Positions 1 to 10,130 of a stretch of DNA of 64,000 nt are shown here, in pieces. Every line of letters begins with the position of its first letter. Position 1 is the stretch's first letter. The position numbers were made by a program, and so were the translations under genes. The notes beneath the pieces were generated by a model that was not told the DNA's origin, did no database searches, and saw only the letters and a program-made list of their open reading frames with translations. This DNA is from Longimicrobiales bacterium (GTDB lineage: Bacteria; Gemmatimonadota; Gemmatimonadetes; Longimicrobiales; Gaopeijiaceae): positions 128,001 through 192,000 of the forward strand of contig JAWLHJ010000002.1 of the NCBI GenBank assembly GCA_041690395.1. The letters are read 5' to 3'.

Positions 1-37
1 CGTCGAGCCAGGACCGGCCTTTCGGGTTCGTTGACAT
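1..37 (-). CDS. 5' end of a gene running off the window (MSTNPKGRSWLD...), possibly alanine racemase
   Basis: ATG at 37-35, open to the window edge; RSWLD resembles the R-x-W-x-[ED] start of Alr, but only 12 codons are visible. Confidence 0.25.
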   Translation of the reverse strand, partial: MSTNPKGRSWLD

Positions 38-82
38 GAGCGGTGAAAGATGCCAAGAAGAGGGCCCCCGGACGACCCCCGA

Positions 83-476
83 CTAGCAGGTCGCTGAAAA
101 AGGGGAGTACCCCGCGCGACCCACGCCTGCGGCGCGGGTGCCCCAGGCTTTCGCTGGTCAGGCAAGGAACGACGACGAGTCGTAGCAGAGCGGGCACCGC
201 GGCCGAAGGCCGTGGTCCGAGCGAGGAGTGACGCCGCATCACCAGCGAAATCCTCATGCGCCCAACGATTGGACTGACATGACCTTACGAGTTCGGGGGT
301 TGGGGCGGCACGGCCCCGACTCCTGCGTTGAAGCTCCTCGGACCACGGCCTTCGGCCGCGGTGCCCGCTTTAGCTATGGCGTCGTCACTCCGCCTTGGAG
401 GCGGGGCCGTGGCGCTCCCGGGGCACCCGTGCGAAGCATGGGTCCGGGGTGCTCCCCTTTTTCAGCGACCTGCTAG
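83..476. mobile_element. MITE-like non-autonomous element made of two diverged inverted halves
   Basis: 32-bp terminal inverted repeats 83-114 / 445-476 (ctagcaggtcgctgaaaaaggggagYaccccg, 1 mismatch); perfect 33-bp internal inverted repeat 189-221 / 337-369; CTAG at both ends; no transposase. Confidence 0.75.
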
Positions 477-487
477 AGCCGCCCCGC

Positions 488-1276
488 ATGAGCGACGCCC
501 CGCCCGACTTCCGCTTCCCCGGCCCCGGCACCCTCGACCGCGCCCTCGCCCTGGTCCGGTTCCTCCGGAAGGAGTGCCCATGGGATGCCGAGCAGACCGC
601 GGAGTCGCTCGTGCCCCACCTCCTCGAGGAGGCGCACGAAGTCGCCGACGCGATCCACGACGGGAGGACCGGGGAGCTCGCGGGTGAGCTCGGGGACCTG
701 CTGCTCAATCTGGCCTTCCAGGTCGTCGTGGCCGAAGAGGACGGCACGCTGGACGCCGGCGCGGTCTACGGGGCGCTCGAGCGGAAGATGGTCGCGCGGC
801 ACCCTCATCTCTTCGGCGCCGGCCCGCGTGAGGACTGGGAGACGCTGAAGGCGCGCGAGCGGCCGGAGGGCAAGGGCGTCCTCTCGGGTCTGGCCAAGGG
901 GCTCGAACCGCTGAGCAAGGCTTACCGGATCCAGGAGCGTGTGGCATCGGTCGGCTTCGACTGGCCGGACCATCGGGGCGCGTTCGACAAGGTGCGCGAG
1001 GAGCTCGAGGAGGTCCGGGAGGCGCTGGCCGGGGACGACGACGACGCGGTCGCCGAGGAGCTGGGCGACCTGCTGTTCGCGACCGTCAACCTGGCGCGGT
1101 TGGCCGGCCACCACCCGACCACGGCGCTCGCTCGGGCGAACACGAAATTCCGCGACCGGTTCGAGCGGCTCGAAGCGCTGGCGCGTGAGCGCGGCATCGA
1201 GCTGGAAAGTGCGGGGCTGGAAGCCCTGGACCGGCTCTGGGAGGAACTGAAGGCCGACGCCCGGCCGGGTCAGTAG
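488..1276 (+). CDS. mazG: nucleoside triphosphate pyrophosphohydrolase MazG
   Basis: CPWD, EEAHEV and two ELGDLL motifs, VGFDW; start moved to ATG 488 because the upstream ORF extension lies inside the repeat. Confidence 0.93.
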   Translation: MSDAPPDFRFPGPGTLDRALALVRFLRKECPWDAEQTAESLVPHLLEEAHEVADAIHDGRTGELAGELGDLLLNLAFQVVVAEEDGTLDAGAVYGALERKMVARHPHLFGAGPREDWETLKARERPEGKGVLSGLAKGLEPLSKAYRIQERVASVGFDWPDHRGAFDKVREELEEVREALAGDDDDAVAEELGDLLFATVNLARLAGHHPTTALARANTKFRDRFERLEALARERGIELESAGLEALDRLWEELKADARPGQ

Positions 1277-2349
1277 CCCGCGGTCTTGTCCACGACGTTG
1301 CGCCACTCCGCGAGCGGGGCGTCGCGGAGGTAGCACGCGAGGTTCTCGACGATCAGCCCGGCCTCGCGGCCCCAATACCCCTCCGTGACGGCGGAGACGT
1401 GGGGCGTGGCCAGCACGTTGTCGAAGCTCCACAGGGGATGTCCTTCCGGGAGCGGCTCCCGCGCGAACACGTCGAGCCCTGCCCCACGAAGCCGCCCGGA
1501 ACGCAGCGCCTCCAGCAGGGCATCCTCGTCGACCAGCGCGCCGCGCGCGACGTTCACGAAGAGGGCACCGAACCGCATGAGCCCGAAGGCCCGCGCGTCG
1601 ATCATCCCGCGTGTCTCCGGCGTGTCCGGCGCGCACACCACCACCACGTCGCTCTCCCCGAGCACGGTGTCCACGCCGTCGGGCCCGTGCACCAGCTCGA
1701 TCCGGTCGTCCAGGCGTCCACCGCCGGCAACCGCCTCCAGGGCGTCGTCCCCGGGCCGGGCGGGCGTGCGCTTCGAGGCGATCACCCGCCCGCCGAGCGC
1801 GCACACCCTGCGGGCGATCTCGCGCCCGATCCCCCCGAATCCGACGATGCCGACCGTCATGCGCGACAGCTCGGTGGGCGGCCTCGATCCGTCGTAGAAC
1901 GGCTCGGTCGACCACCGACCCCGTCGCTGATTGGCGACGGCGTGATCGAGCCCCCTCCCGAAGAAGAGGATCATGGCGAGGACCGTCTCGGCCATCGGGG
2001 GCGCATGGATACCGGCCGAGTTGGTGAAGACGACATCGCTGGCGCGCATGGCGTCGTGCAGCGAGCTCCCCACGCCGGCCGCCCCCGAATGGACCCAGCG
2101 GAGCGCCGAGCCCGCCTCGAGGAGCTCCGCCGGAATGCCGTAGCCGAAGTAGATCTCCGCCTCACGCACGGCTTCGAGCACTCCGGGTGACACGCGCGTG
2201 GCGCCATCCCCCGAGCCGTCGGTCGGCTCGTCGATCACGACCAGCTCCCAGCCGCCCGGAAGCGCGTCGCGGATGGCGTCCGGCACCCAGCCCGGCATGG
2301 CCCACACCGGACGGTGGTCCATCATGTCGAGCACTGCGCGGCGGGTCAT
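1270..2349 (-). CDS. D-2-hydroxyacid dehydrogenase family protein
   Basis: GFGGIG Rossmann motif, NVARG, DVFAREP, TPHVSA. Confidence 0.9.
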   Translation of the reverse strand: MTRRAVLDMMDHRPVWAMPGWVPDAIRDALPGGWELVVIDEPTDGSGDGATRVSPGVLEAVREAEIYFGYGIPAELLEAGSALRWVHSGAAGVGSSLHDAMRASDVVFTNSAGIHAPPMAETVLAMILFFGRGLDHAVANQRRGRWSTEPFYDGSRPPTELSRMTVGIVGFGGIGREIARRVCALGGRVIASKRTPARPGDDALEAVAGGGRLDDRIELVHGPDGVDTVLGESDVVVVCAPDTPETRGMIDARAFGLMRFGALFVNVARGALVDEDALLEALRSGRLRGAGLDVFAREPLPEGHPLWSFDNVLATPHVSAVTEGYWGREAGLIVENLACYLRDAPLAEWRNVVDKTAGY

Positions 2350-2369
2350 GGCGTTCGGCGGCCCATCGT

Positions 2370-3656
2370 CTACGGGTAGAGCCGGTTCATCAGCCGCGGG
2401 AACGGGATCAGCTCCCGGACGTGCTTGCGGCCCGTGATCCAGGCCACGGTGCGCTCGATGCCCAGGCCGAATCCCGAATGCGGGAAGGTGCCGTAACGTC
2501 GGAGATCGAGGTACCAGGCGTAGGCGTCCTCCGGGAGACCCTCCTCACGGATGCGCGCGAGCAACCGGTCGAGGTCGTCCTCCCTCTGGCTCCCGCCGAT
2601 GATCTCGCCGTATCCCTCCGGTGCGAGCAGATCGTCGCACAGCACGGTGCGCGGGTCGTCCGGGTTCTCCTTCATGTAGAAGGCCTTCGCCTGCTTCGGA
2701 TAGTCGTGCACGAAGAGGGGAAGCTCGGCGCCCTCCATCAGCGCCATCTCGTCCGGCGCCCCGAGGTCGGAGCCCCACTCGATGTCGGTCCCGCCGGCCT
2801 GCAGCTTCGCGACCGCGTCGGTGTAGCTGATGCGCGGGAACGGGGGCCGCACGTGCTCCAGGAGCGACGTGTCGCGCTCGAGCACCTTCAGCTCCTCGCC
2901 GCACCGCTCCAGCGCGCGCTCCACGAGGTACGAGACGAACTCCTCCTGGAGGCGCATGTTGTCGTTCGAGTCGGCGAACGCGACCTCCGGCTCGACCATC
3001 CAGAACTCGGTGAGGTGCCGGCGCGTCTTCGATTTCTCCGCGCGGAACGTCGGGCCGAAGCAGTACACCTTCCGGAAGGCCGGGCACGCCGCCTCGACGT
3101 AGAGCTGACCGGTCTGGGCGAGGTACGCCGGGTCTCCGAAATAGTCCGTCTGGAAGAGCGTGCCGGCATGCTCGCCGATCGCGCCCGTGAGGATGGGCGT
3201 GTCGATCCGCACGAACCCGCGGCCGTAGAAGAAGTCGTGCACGGCCTGCTCGACTTCGGCACGGACCCGGAGCCCGGCCCGCTGGAGCGACGAGCGGAGC
3301 CAGAGATGCCGGTTGTCGAGCAGGAACTCGACGCCGTGCTCCTTCGGCTGGATGGGGTAGTCCTCCGCCGTCGAAAGGACCTCGAGCTCGGTGAGCCCGA
3401 GCTCGTAGCCGCCGGGCGCCCGGTCGTCGGGCCGCACCTCGCCGGTGATCGAGACGACGGATTCGGCCGTCAGGGCCGCGTGCCGTTCCCACGTCGCCTC
3501 GTCGACCTCCTTCTTGAGCAGCACACCCTGGACGACACCCGTGCCGTCCCGCACGACGAGGAACGCGACCTTTCCGTGGGCACGGGTCGCCTCGACCCAC
3601 CCCTTCACTGTCACCTGCTCGCCGGCGTGCTCGCCCAGCTCCCTGATCTCGACCAT
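2370..3656 (-). CDS. asnS: asparagine--tRNA ligase
   Basis: OB-fold N-terminus, [35 protein letters not shown]. Confidence 0.96.
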   Translation of the reverse strand: MVEIRELGEHAGEQVTVKGWVEATRAHGKVAFLVVRDGTGVVQGVLLKKEVDEATWERHAALTAESVVSITGEVRPDDRAPGGYELGLTELEVLSTAEDYPIQPKEHGVEFLLDNRHLWLRSSLQRAGLRVRAEVEQAVHDFFYGRGFVRIDTPILTGAIGEHAGTLFQTDYFGDPAYLAQTGQLYVEAACPAFRKVYCFGPTFRAEKSKTRRHLTEFWMVEPEVAFADSNDNMRLQEEFVSYLVERALERCGEELKVLERDTSLLEHVRPPFPRISYTDAVAKLQAGGTDIEWGSDLGAPDEMALMEGAELPLFVHDYPKQAKAFYMKENPDDPRTVLCDDLLAPEGYGEIIGGSQREDDLDRLLARIREEGLPEDAYAWYLDLRRYGTFPHSGFGLGIERTVAWITGRKHVRELIPFPRLMNRLYP

Positions 3657-3736
3657 ACGGCTCTGACCCCGATCTTCGTTTCGACGCGATCTGTCGGGCC
3701 CCGACGGGCCCCTTCGAGGGCTCGAAGCTATCAGCC

Positions 3737-5824
3737 TCAGCCCACGCCGAACATCTCCAGACGATCCGAGTAGCGGGCGAGGAGGATCTCACGGACCCTC
3801 GCGTGCTCGGGACGCTCGAGGTCCGGATCGAGGTCGATGAGCCCACGGGCCTCGCGCTGCGCCACCTCGATGATCCCCTCGTCCCTGAGCAGGCTCGCGA
3901 AGCGGAGGTTCGGGTCGCGGCCGTGCTGGCGGCTGCCGAAGAGGTCCCCTTCCCCCCGGATGAGCAGGTCCGCCCGGGCGACCGCGAAGCCATCGGCGGT
4001 ATCCCGGAAGACCTTGAGCCGCTCGAGGGCTTCCTCCCCCGGATCCGCGATCAGGATGCAGTGGCTCTCGGCGCTCCCGCGGCCGACCCTCCCGCGCAGC
4101 TGGTGGAGCTGGGAGAGGCCGAAGCGGTCGGCGTGCTCGATGACCATGACGCTCGCGTTGGCGACGTCGATCCCCACCTCGATGACCGTCGTGGCCACCA
4201 GGATGTCGAGCTCGCCCGCGAGGAACGCCCGCATGACCCGGTCCTTGTCCGCAGCGGAGAGCTGGCCGTGCAGCAGCCCCAGGCGCCGGTCCGGGAAGAC
4301 CTTCGTCCGGAGTCGCTCGTACTCCTCGGTAGCCGCGAGCATGTCGACCTTCTCCGACTCGGCGACCAGCGGGTATACCAGGTACGCCTGGCGCCCTTCG
4401 GCGACCTGCTCCTCCACGAAGGCGTAGACCTGTTCCCTGCGGTCGGGGGAGCGCAGCGCGGTGACCACCGGCTTGCGCCCGGGCGGGAGCTCGTCGAGGA
4501 CGCTCAGGTCGAGATCACCATAGAGCGCCATCGCCATGGAGCGGGGGATGGGCGTCGCCGACATGACCAACACGTCGGGCACGGCGTCGTCACGCTCGAG
4601 CAAGGCCATGCGCTGCCGCACGCCGAAACGGTGCTGCTCGTCCACCACCACAAGGCCCAGCCGGTGGAAGCGCACGGTCTCCTGGATCAGCGCGTGCGTT
4701 CCGACGACGAGCTGAGCCCCTCCCGACGCTACCGAGTCCGCCGCCTCGGCGCGCTCCGCCGCGGCCAGGCTCCCGGTGAGCAGAGCGACCTCGACTCCGA
4801 GCGGGGCCACGAGCTCACGCATCCCGCGCGCGTGCTGCTCGGCCAGGATCTCGGTGGGCGCCATCAGCGCGGCCTGGCGTCCCCCCTCGACGGCGATGAG
4901 CATGGCGAAGAGCGCCACGAGCGTCTTCCCCGCCCCGACGTCGCCCTGGAGGAGGCGGTTCATGCGCCGGTCCGACACCATGTCCGTCGCGATGTCACGG
5001 AGGACCCGTGTCTGCGCGTCGGTCAGGGAGAACGGCAGGGCTTCCAGGAGCGCGCGGACCAGCTCGTTCGTGCGCCCGTGTGCGATCCCCGGCCGGGTCT
5101 CGAGCGCCTCGCGTCGGGCGCGAGCCTGCACGAGCTGGAGGAAGAACAGCTCGTCGAAGGCGAGCCGCTCCCGTCCCCGCTCGGCCTGGGCCAGATCGGC
5201 GGGGCGGTGGAGCCAGGAGAGCGCATCCGACAGCGTGGGGAGGCCGAGCCGCTCCCGAGCGTCGTCGGCCAGATACTCGTCCTCGTCGGCGGACGCCAGG
5301 AGCGCGTCGAGATTCCTCTCGAAGATCCCCCGGAGCACCCATTGGGGGACCTCTTCGCTGGCGGGGTAGGTCACGAAGATCGTCCCCGTGCGCTCGGAGC
5401 CCTTCCCCGGCCGGTCCACGAGCGTGAACTCGCGTGGCTGCAGCTGCTTCCCGTGGAAGAACTTCACGGGCCCCGACACGAGCAGCCGGTCGCCCTCCCG
5501 CAGCTTGCGGTCGAGCCACGGCTGCCCGGGCCACGCCACGGTGATCAGTCCCGAATCGTCCTGGAGAACGGCCTGGAAGATCCGCAGCCCCGTCCGGGTC
5601 GGGATCACGCCCTTGCTGCGCACGGTCCCGGCCACGGTCACGTCCATCCCGACGTCCACCCGGCCGATGGGGGTCACCGTGGAGGCATCGTCGTAGCGGC
5701 GCGGCACGTGGTAGAGCATGTCCCGCGCCGTGGCGATCCCGAGGCCCGCCAGCGCGTCGGCCCGCTTGGGACCGACGCCCTTGAGGAACTGGACCGGGCC
5801 GTCGAGGCGGGAGTACCGGCTCAT
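3737..5824 (-). CDS. recG: ATP-dependent DNA helicase RecG
   Basis: [35 protein letters not shown]. Confidence 0.97.
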   Translation of the reverse strand: MSRYSRLDGPVQFLKGVGPKRADALAGLGIATARDMLYHVPRRYDDASTVTPIGRVDVGMDVTVAGTVRSKGVIPTRTGLRIFQAVLQDDSGLITVAWPGQPWLDRKLREGDRLLVSGPVKFFHGKQLQPREFTLVDRPGKGSERTGTIFVTYPASEEVPQWVLRGIFERNLDALLASADEDEYLADDARERLGLPTLSDALSWLHRPADLAQAERGRERLAFDELFFLQLVQARARREALETRPGIAHGRTNELVRALLEALPFSLTDAQTRVLRDIATDMVSDRRMNRLLQGDVGAGKTLVALFAMLIAVEGGRQAALMAPTEILAEQHARGMRELVAPLGVEVALLTGSLAAAERAEAADSVASGGAQLVVGTHALIQETVRFHRLGLVVVDEQHRFGVRQRMALLERDDAVPDVLVMSATPIPRSMAMALYGDLDLSVLDELPPGRKPVVTALRSPDRREQVYAFVEEQVAEGRQAYLVYPLVAESEKVDMLAATEEYERLRTKVFPDRRLGLLHGQLSAADKDRVMRAFLAGELDILVATTVIEVGIDVANASVMVIEHADRFGLSQLHQLRGRVGRGSAESHCILIADPGEEALERLKVFRDTADGFAVARADLLIRGEGDLFGSRQHGRDPNLRFASLLRDEGIIEVAQREARGLIDLDPDLERPEHARVREILLARYSDRLEMFGVG

Positions 5825-5825
5825 C

Positions 5826-6749
5826 CTACGAGCCGAACACGCCCTCGACGAACGCGTCGACGTCGAACGTCTCGAGGTCGCCGAGCTGCTCGCCGGTGCC
5901 CACGAGCTTCACGGGCACGCCGAACTCCTCCTGCAGCGCCACGACGATTCCGCCCCGGGCCGAGGAATCCATCTTCGCGAGCACGATGCCGCTCACGTCG
6001 ACCACCTTCTTGAACGCCTCGAGCTGGCGGACGGCGTTCTGGCCCACGGTCGCGTCCAGCACGAGGAGCGTCTCGTGGGGCGGACCGCCGAGGCGCCGAC
6101 GCACGACACGGTCGATCTTCTCGAGCTCCTGCATGAGGCCGCGATTCGTGTGCAGCCGACCCGCCGTGTCGATCAGAAGCACGTCGACGCCCCGGGACTC
6201 CGCGGCCTCGAGCGCGTCGAACGCCACGGCGGCCGGGTCACCACCCTGCTGGCCGCGCAGAAAATCCGCACCGATCCGCTTCGCCCAGGTCTCGAGCTGG
6301 GCCACGGCGCCCGCTCGGAACGTGTCGGCGGCGGCGACCATCACCCGCTTGCCGTCCTGAACGAGAAAGTGAGCGAGCTTCGCCACCGACGTCGTCTTCC
6401 CCACGCCGTTGACCCCCACCATCAGGTAGACCGTGGTGCCGGAATCCGCGGCCCGCAGCTCCGCGTCCCTGGAAGGCGTCAGGATCTCCGAGATCTCGTC
6501 CCGTAGCGCTCCGACCAGGGCCTGGCCTCCTCTGGCCTTCCCCTTCCGCATGGCGTCTTCGGCGTGATCCACCAGGCGCATCGTGGCCGGGACGCCGAAG
6601 TCCGCGGCGAGGAGCCGCTCCTCCAACTCCTCGAGCGAGGCGTGGTCGAGCCCCTTCGCGGCTACGCGCACATCGGTGAGCGCCAGATCGACGACCCTGC
6701 GCCAGAGTCCCTTCTTCTTCTCGAGCTTGTTCTTGAAAAGGCGTGCCAT
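5826..6749 (-). CDS. ftsY: SRP receptor FtsY (NG domain only)
   Basis: GVNGVGKTT, DTFRAGA, DTAGR, GTGE. Confidence 0.95.
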   Translation of the reverse strand: MARLFKNKLEKKKGLWRRVVDLALTDVRVAAKGLDHASLEELEERLLAADFGVPATMRLVDHAEDAMRKGKARGGQALVGALRDEISEILTPSRDAELRAADSGTTVYLMVGVNGVGKTTSVAKLAHFLVQDGKRVMVAAADTFRAGAVAQLETWAKRIGADFLRGQQGGDPAAVAFDALEAAESRGVDVLLIDTAGRLHTNRGLMQELEKIDRVVRRRLGGPPHETLLVLDATVGQNAVRQLEAFKKVVDVSGIVLAKMDSSARGGIVVALQEEFGVPVKLVGTGEQLGDLETFDVDAFVEGVFGS

Positions 6750-6763
6750 CGGCTATGTCGGTA

Positions 6764-8707
6764 TCAGCGTAGTCCGGACCGCCTGCGCCCGATCCATTCC
6801 GCGCACAGGAGTCCGATGATCAACAGGTAGGGCCACGGGAGCGTCCGGAGCGGCCGGGTGCCGCCGTCGTCCGCGACCGAAGACGCACCCTCGGAGATCA
6901 GTCTCGCGGGATCGGCCGGCGCCGGGAACATGTCGATGGACCGGTCGCTGACGTCGAAGCGCCCGCCAGCCACGCTGTCCCCCGCGGGATCCTGCACGGT
7001 GTAGCGGTACGGCCCGGGGGCGAGCGGCTCCGTGAAGACGGTCCCGCTCCCGGCGAGGGGGAGCTCGCTCGCCTCGTCGGTCGAGGCGGTATCGGGACGG
7101 ATGCCGACCGTCGCGCCGGCCCGCCCTTCGGGTACCTGCCAGGGGACGGGCTCGCCGGCCCGGACCACGCGCTCCGCCGGGCGGACCTCCGCGCCGGCCA
7201 ACGAAGCGTCACGGAGCAGCCAGCCGGCCACGCCGGACCAGAGGGCTTCGTAGGCGTCACGTCCGTCCGGCCTGGCCGCCCAGCGCCAGAGGCCACGGGC
7301 GAGCACCACCGCGGAGCGGCGCCCGCCGTCATTCCGCAGATGGAGCGGGGCCTCCGCGGGTCCGGTGCGTCGGAGGCTCACGGTCAGGGGGGCTACGAGT
7401 CCCGTGGCGTCCTGCACCACCATCACGCCGGTGAGTGGCGGCAGATCGGATCCGGCCAGGCCGGCCAGCTCGCCGGACAATGGCGAAGGCGGTATCTCCT
7501 CGCCCAGGTACCATTCGCCAGCCCTCGGCGAGGAGGCGTCGATACCGAGCAGCGACGCGCCGGCGGCGTCGGACGCGAAAGCGATCGAGCGGGGTGCGCG
7601 CCCGATCAACCCCCTCACCCACGCGTCGGTGCCTTCGGACAGCCCGTGGAGGACGAGGAGCGACGCGCCCTCCGCGGCGCGTCTCACGGTAGCGGAGTCG
7701 ACGGGGCCCGCCCGCTCGAGCGCCGGGCCCATGGATACGTACCGATCGGGACCCGCCCGTAGGAAGCCCGTTCCCGCGAGGCCGGTCGTCCGCTCGAGCA
7801 CGGGCAGGAGGTAGCGCGGCTCCCAGTCGGGGCCGAGCGAGACGACGACCACTCCGGCATTCTCGGGCGTCCCGACCAGCCCGTAGGCCACCGCCCGGTC
7901 GTCGGCCGCAAAGCCGTCGTCCACGCCGGAGACGACCGCCTCGAAACGCACCGCACCGGTGCCCGTCGACGGGGGCAGGTCGACCTCGACGGCCCTCCGG
8001 AGCCCCGGTCCGGGAGCCGCGACCCGCGCCGAACCGACGGGGACGCCTTCCTCGAACAGCTCCACTGACAGGCTGTCCCCCGGCATGCCGCCGTGGACCT
8101 CGACGACGGCGAGGCCGGCCGCGGCGGGGCTGGCGCGGTCACCGACGTCCAGCGAGAGGATGCCGGCGTTCTCGAACGGGTCGGCGAGGTTCTCGAACGC
8201 GACGCCGAGACCGGAGCCCTCCAGCGCCGCACGCACGGCCACGACGTCCTCGATGCGCATATCCGTGAGCACCCGCACCTCACGAGCGCCGCTCTCCGCG
8301 GCCACGACGAGCGCGGGTCCGAGACGCGTCGCGGGCCCGGTGGGCGCGAGGGCCGAAGCGTCGGGAGCCTGGTCGACCTCGGCGCCGAAGGTCACGACCC
8401 GCCACCCATCCGCGCGCAGCTCCTCGGCGCGCCGGACCGCCTCGGTCCAGGCGGCCCCCGCCTCGTTCCCCGCGGCCATGCTCTCGGACACGTCGAGCAG
8501 GACCCAACGGCTCGCGAGGCCGGCGGTGCCCGGCCACGGCACGCTCGGATCGAGCAGGAGGACGAGCACGATCAGGAGGGTGGCGGCGCGGAGCGGCCAC
8601 AGATAGCGGGACCCCGCCACCGGGAGGTCGACCCGGCGGTAGATCCACCACGAGTATCCGATGGCTCCCGCGCCGAGAAGCGCGAAGAGGACGGCCGAGA
8701 GGCTTAC
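6764..8707 (-). CDS. hypothetical membrane-anchored protein with a vWA-like motif
   Basis: ORF 6764-8620 extends in frame through a hydrophobic segment to 8707; LDVSESM (DxSxS-like); C-terminal TM ending EWIGRRRSGLR; start uncertain (GTA 8707 vs GTG 8620). Confidence 0.7.
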   Translation of the reverse strand, partial: VSLSAVLFALLGAGAIGYSWWIYRRVDLPVAGSRYLWPLRAATLLIVLVLLLDPSVPWPGTAGLASRWVLLDVSESMAAGNEAGAAWTEAVRRAEELRADGWRVVTFGAEVDQAPDASALAPTGPATRLGPALVVAAESGAREVRVLTDMRIEDVVAVRAALEGSGLGVAFENLADPFENAGILSLDVGDRASPAAAGLAVVEVHGGMPGDSLSVELFEEGVPVGSARVAAPGPGLRRAVEVDLPPSTGTGAVRFEAVVSGVDDGFAADDRAVAYGLVGTPENAGVVVVSLGPDWEPRYLLPVLERTTGLAGTGFLRAGPDRYVSMGPALERAGPVDSATVRRAAEGASLLVLHGLSEGTDAWVRGLIGRAPRSIAFASDAAGASLLGIDASSPRAGEWYLGEEIPPSPLSGELAGLAGSDLPPLTGVMVVQDATGLVAPLTVSLRRTGPAEAPLHLRNDGGRRSAVVLARGLWRWAARPDGRDAYEALWSGVAGWLLRDASLAGAEVRPAERVVRAGEPVPWQVPEGRAGATVGIRPDTASTDEASELPLAGSGTVFTEPLAPGPYRYTVQDPAGDSVAGGRFDVSDRSIDMFPAPADPARLISEGASSVADDGGTRPLRTLPWPYLLIIGLLCAEWIGRRRSGLR

Positions 8708-10047
8708 CGCCGGCCTCCGTCGACGTCGAGGGCACCGGCCCGCACGGGCCGGTCACCGGAGTCGCGTTCGTCCTCGTCGACCAGGGCGGTTCGCACCGGG
8801 CCGGCGCCCGGGATCGACTCGAGGAGCGCCACGCGCTCCATCATCTCGTCCATCCAGCGGACCATGTCGTCCGCCGGAACCGGGTCTCCGGCCGGGAGAT
8901 CGACCGACAGTGGATCGATGTGGCGCCCCCCGCTGATCATCTCGTAATGGAGATGGGGACCGGTCGCGAGCCCGGTCATGCCGACGTACCCGATGATGTC
9001 ACCCTGCCTGACCCGCGTCCCCTGCACCACGCTCGAGTTGAAGCGGCTCATGTGCCCGTAGCGGGTGATGAAGCCGTTGGGGTGGCGGATCTCGACGGCG
9101 TTGCCGAGGCCGCCCTTCGGCCCGCGATGGATCACCACGCCGTCCGACGTCGCCATGATCGGCGTGCCGGTGTCGGCCGCGTAGTCCACGCCTCGGTGCG
9201 CCCGCACCCTCTGGAGCACCGGATGGAAGCGTCCGTTGCTGTACCGCGAGGAGATACGTCGGTACTCGAGCGGCTTCAGGAGGAAGGCCCGCCGCACGGA
9301 CTTCCCTTCCAGGTCGAAATACGACCCCTGACCGTCGCCGTTCGGATCGAACCAGATGGCATGGTACGCCGTGCCGCTGTTCACCAGCTCGGCGGAGATC
9401 AGCTGGCCGGCGCGGAGCGATCCGTCCGGCCGCACCTCTCGCTCGAAGGCGAACCGGTACGTGTCTCCCACCCGGATCTGGCGGGAGAAGTCGACCTGCC
9501 ACTGGAAGACGCGATCGAGGTAGTCGATGAGCCGGTTCCGGTCGGCGACCGGCATCGACTGCAACTCCGGGAGCCCGATCACGGAGGTCCAGAGAACGTT
9601 CTCGATCGCACCCGACGCGTAGAGCGTGTCGACGTAGACCGGAGTCTCGACCAGGTCGGCCGTCCACCCCGAGAGGCTGCGCGTCAGCCGGACCGTCTCG
9701 TCCCGACTCACCGCGACGTCGATGCCGCGCAGCTCTTCCTCGCGCTGCAGGTACCGGAACGTCACCTCGGTCCCGGGACGCATCCGCCTCGGGCTCGCGT
9801 GCTCACGGAACGCGAGCAGCAGCGACGCCTGGTCATTGGCACCGAGCTCGCCGCTCAGGAGCTCACCGAAGGTCTGCCCCGCCCGCATGGCGTGGACGTC
9901 TACCCGCTCGGCCGGTGGCACCTGTATCTCGGGCAGCAGCCCGACGTCGGGGACCTCCATGAAATCGCACGCCGACGACATCGCGGCGGCCGCAAGGACC
10001 GCCACGAGCGTACGGGCACGCCCTACGCTCGTCGCGTCAGATCGCAA
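8704..10047 (-). CDS. M23 family (MepM-like) peptidoglycan endopeptidase, probable lipoprotein
   Basis: HRGVD and HLH zinc motifs, TGPHLHYE; N-terminal hydrophobic stretch ending SAC. Confidence 0.9.
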   Translation of the reverse strand: MRSDATSVGRARTLVAVLAAAAMSSACDFMEVPDVGLLPEIQVPPAERVDVHAMRAGQTFGELLSGELGANDQASLLLAFREHASPRRMRPGTEVTFRYLQREEELRGIDVAVSRDETVRLTRSLSGWTADLVETPVYVDTLYASGAIENVLWTSVIGLPELQSMPVADRNRLIDYLDRVFQWQVDFSRQIRVGDTYRFAFEREVRPDGSLRAGQLISAELVNSGTAYHAIWFDPNGDGQGSYFDLEGKSVRRAFLLKPLEYRRISSRYSNGRFHPVLQRVRAHRGVDYAADTGTPIMATSDGVVIHRGPKGGLGNAVEIRHPNGFITRYGHMSRFNSSVVQGTRVRQGDIIGYVGMTGLATGPHLHYEMISGGRHIDPLSVDLPAGDPVPADDMVRWMDEMMERVALLESIPGAGPVRTALVDEDERDSGDRPVRAGALDVDGGRR

Positions 10048-10130
10048 TCTCTCTGGCTCCGCGTCTCAAGATGATCTCCTTCGCGCAACGGGTCGCCCCG
10101 GTACGCGCCCTTCGTCGGCGACCCGCCGGC

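Noticed and set aside
43..747. Short ORFs at 43, 228, 328 and 385, and the 395 start for mazG
   Set aside because: They lie in or across the inverted-repeat element or overlap mazG, and have no protein-like motifs.
488..1276. mazG as an anti-phage or toxin-antitoxin component
   Set aside because: It is the housekeeping tandem-domain form, with no mazEF or defence genes nearby.
10089..10125. Hairpin after ftsZ as a terminator
   Set aside because: 9-bp stem with a large loop and no U tract.
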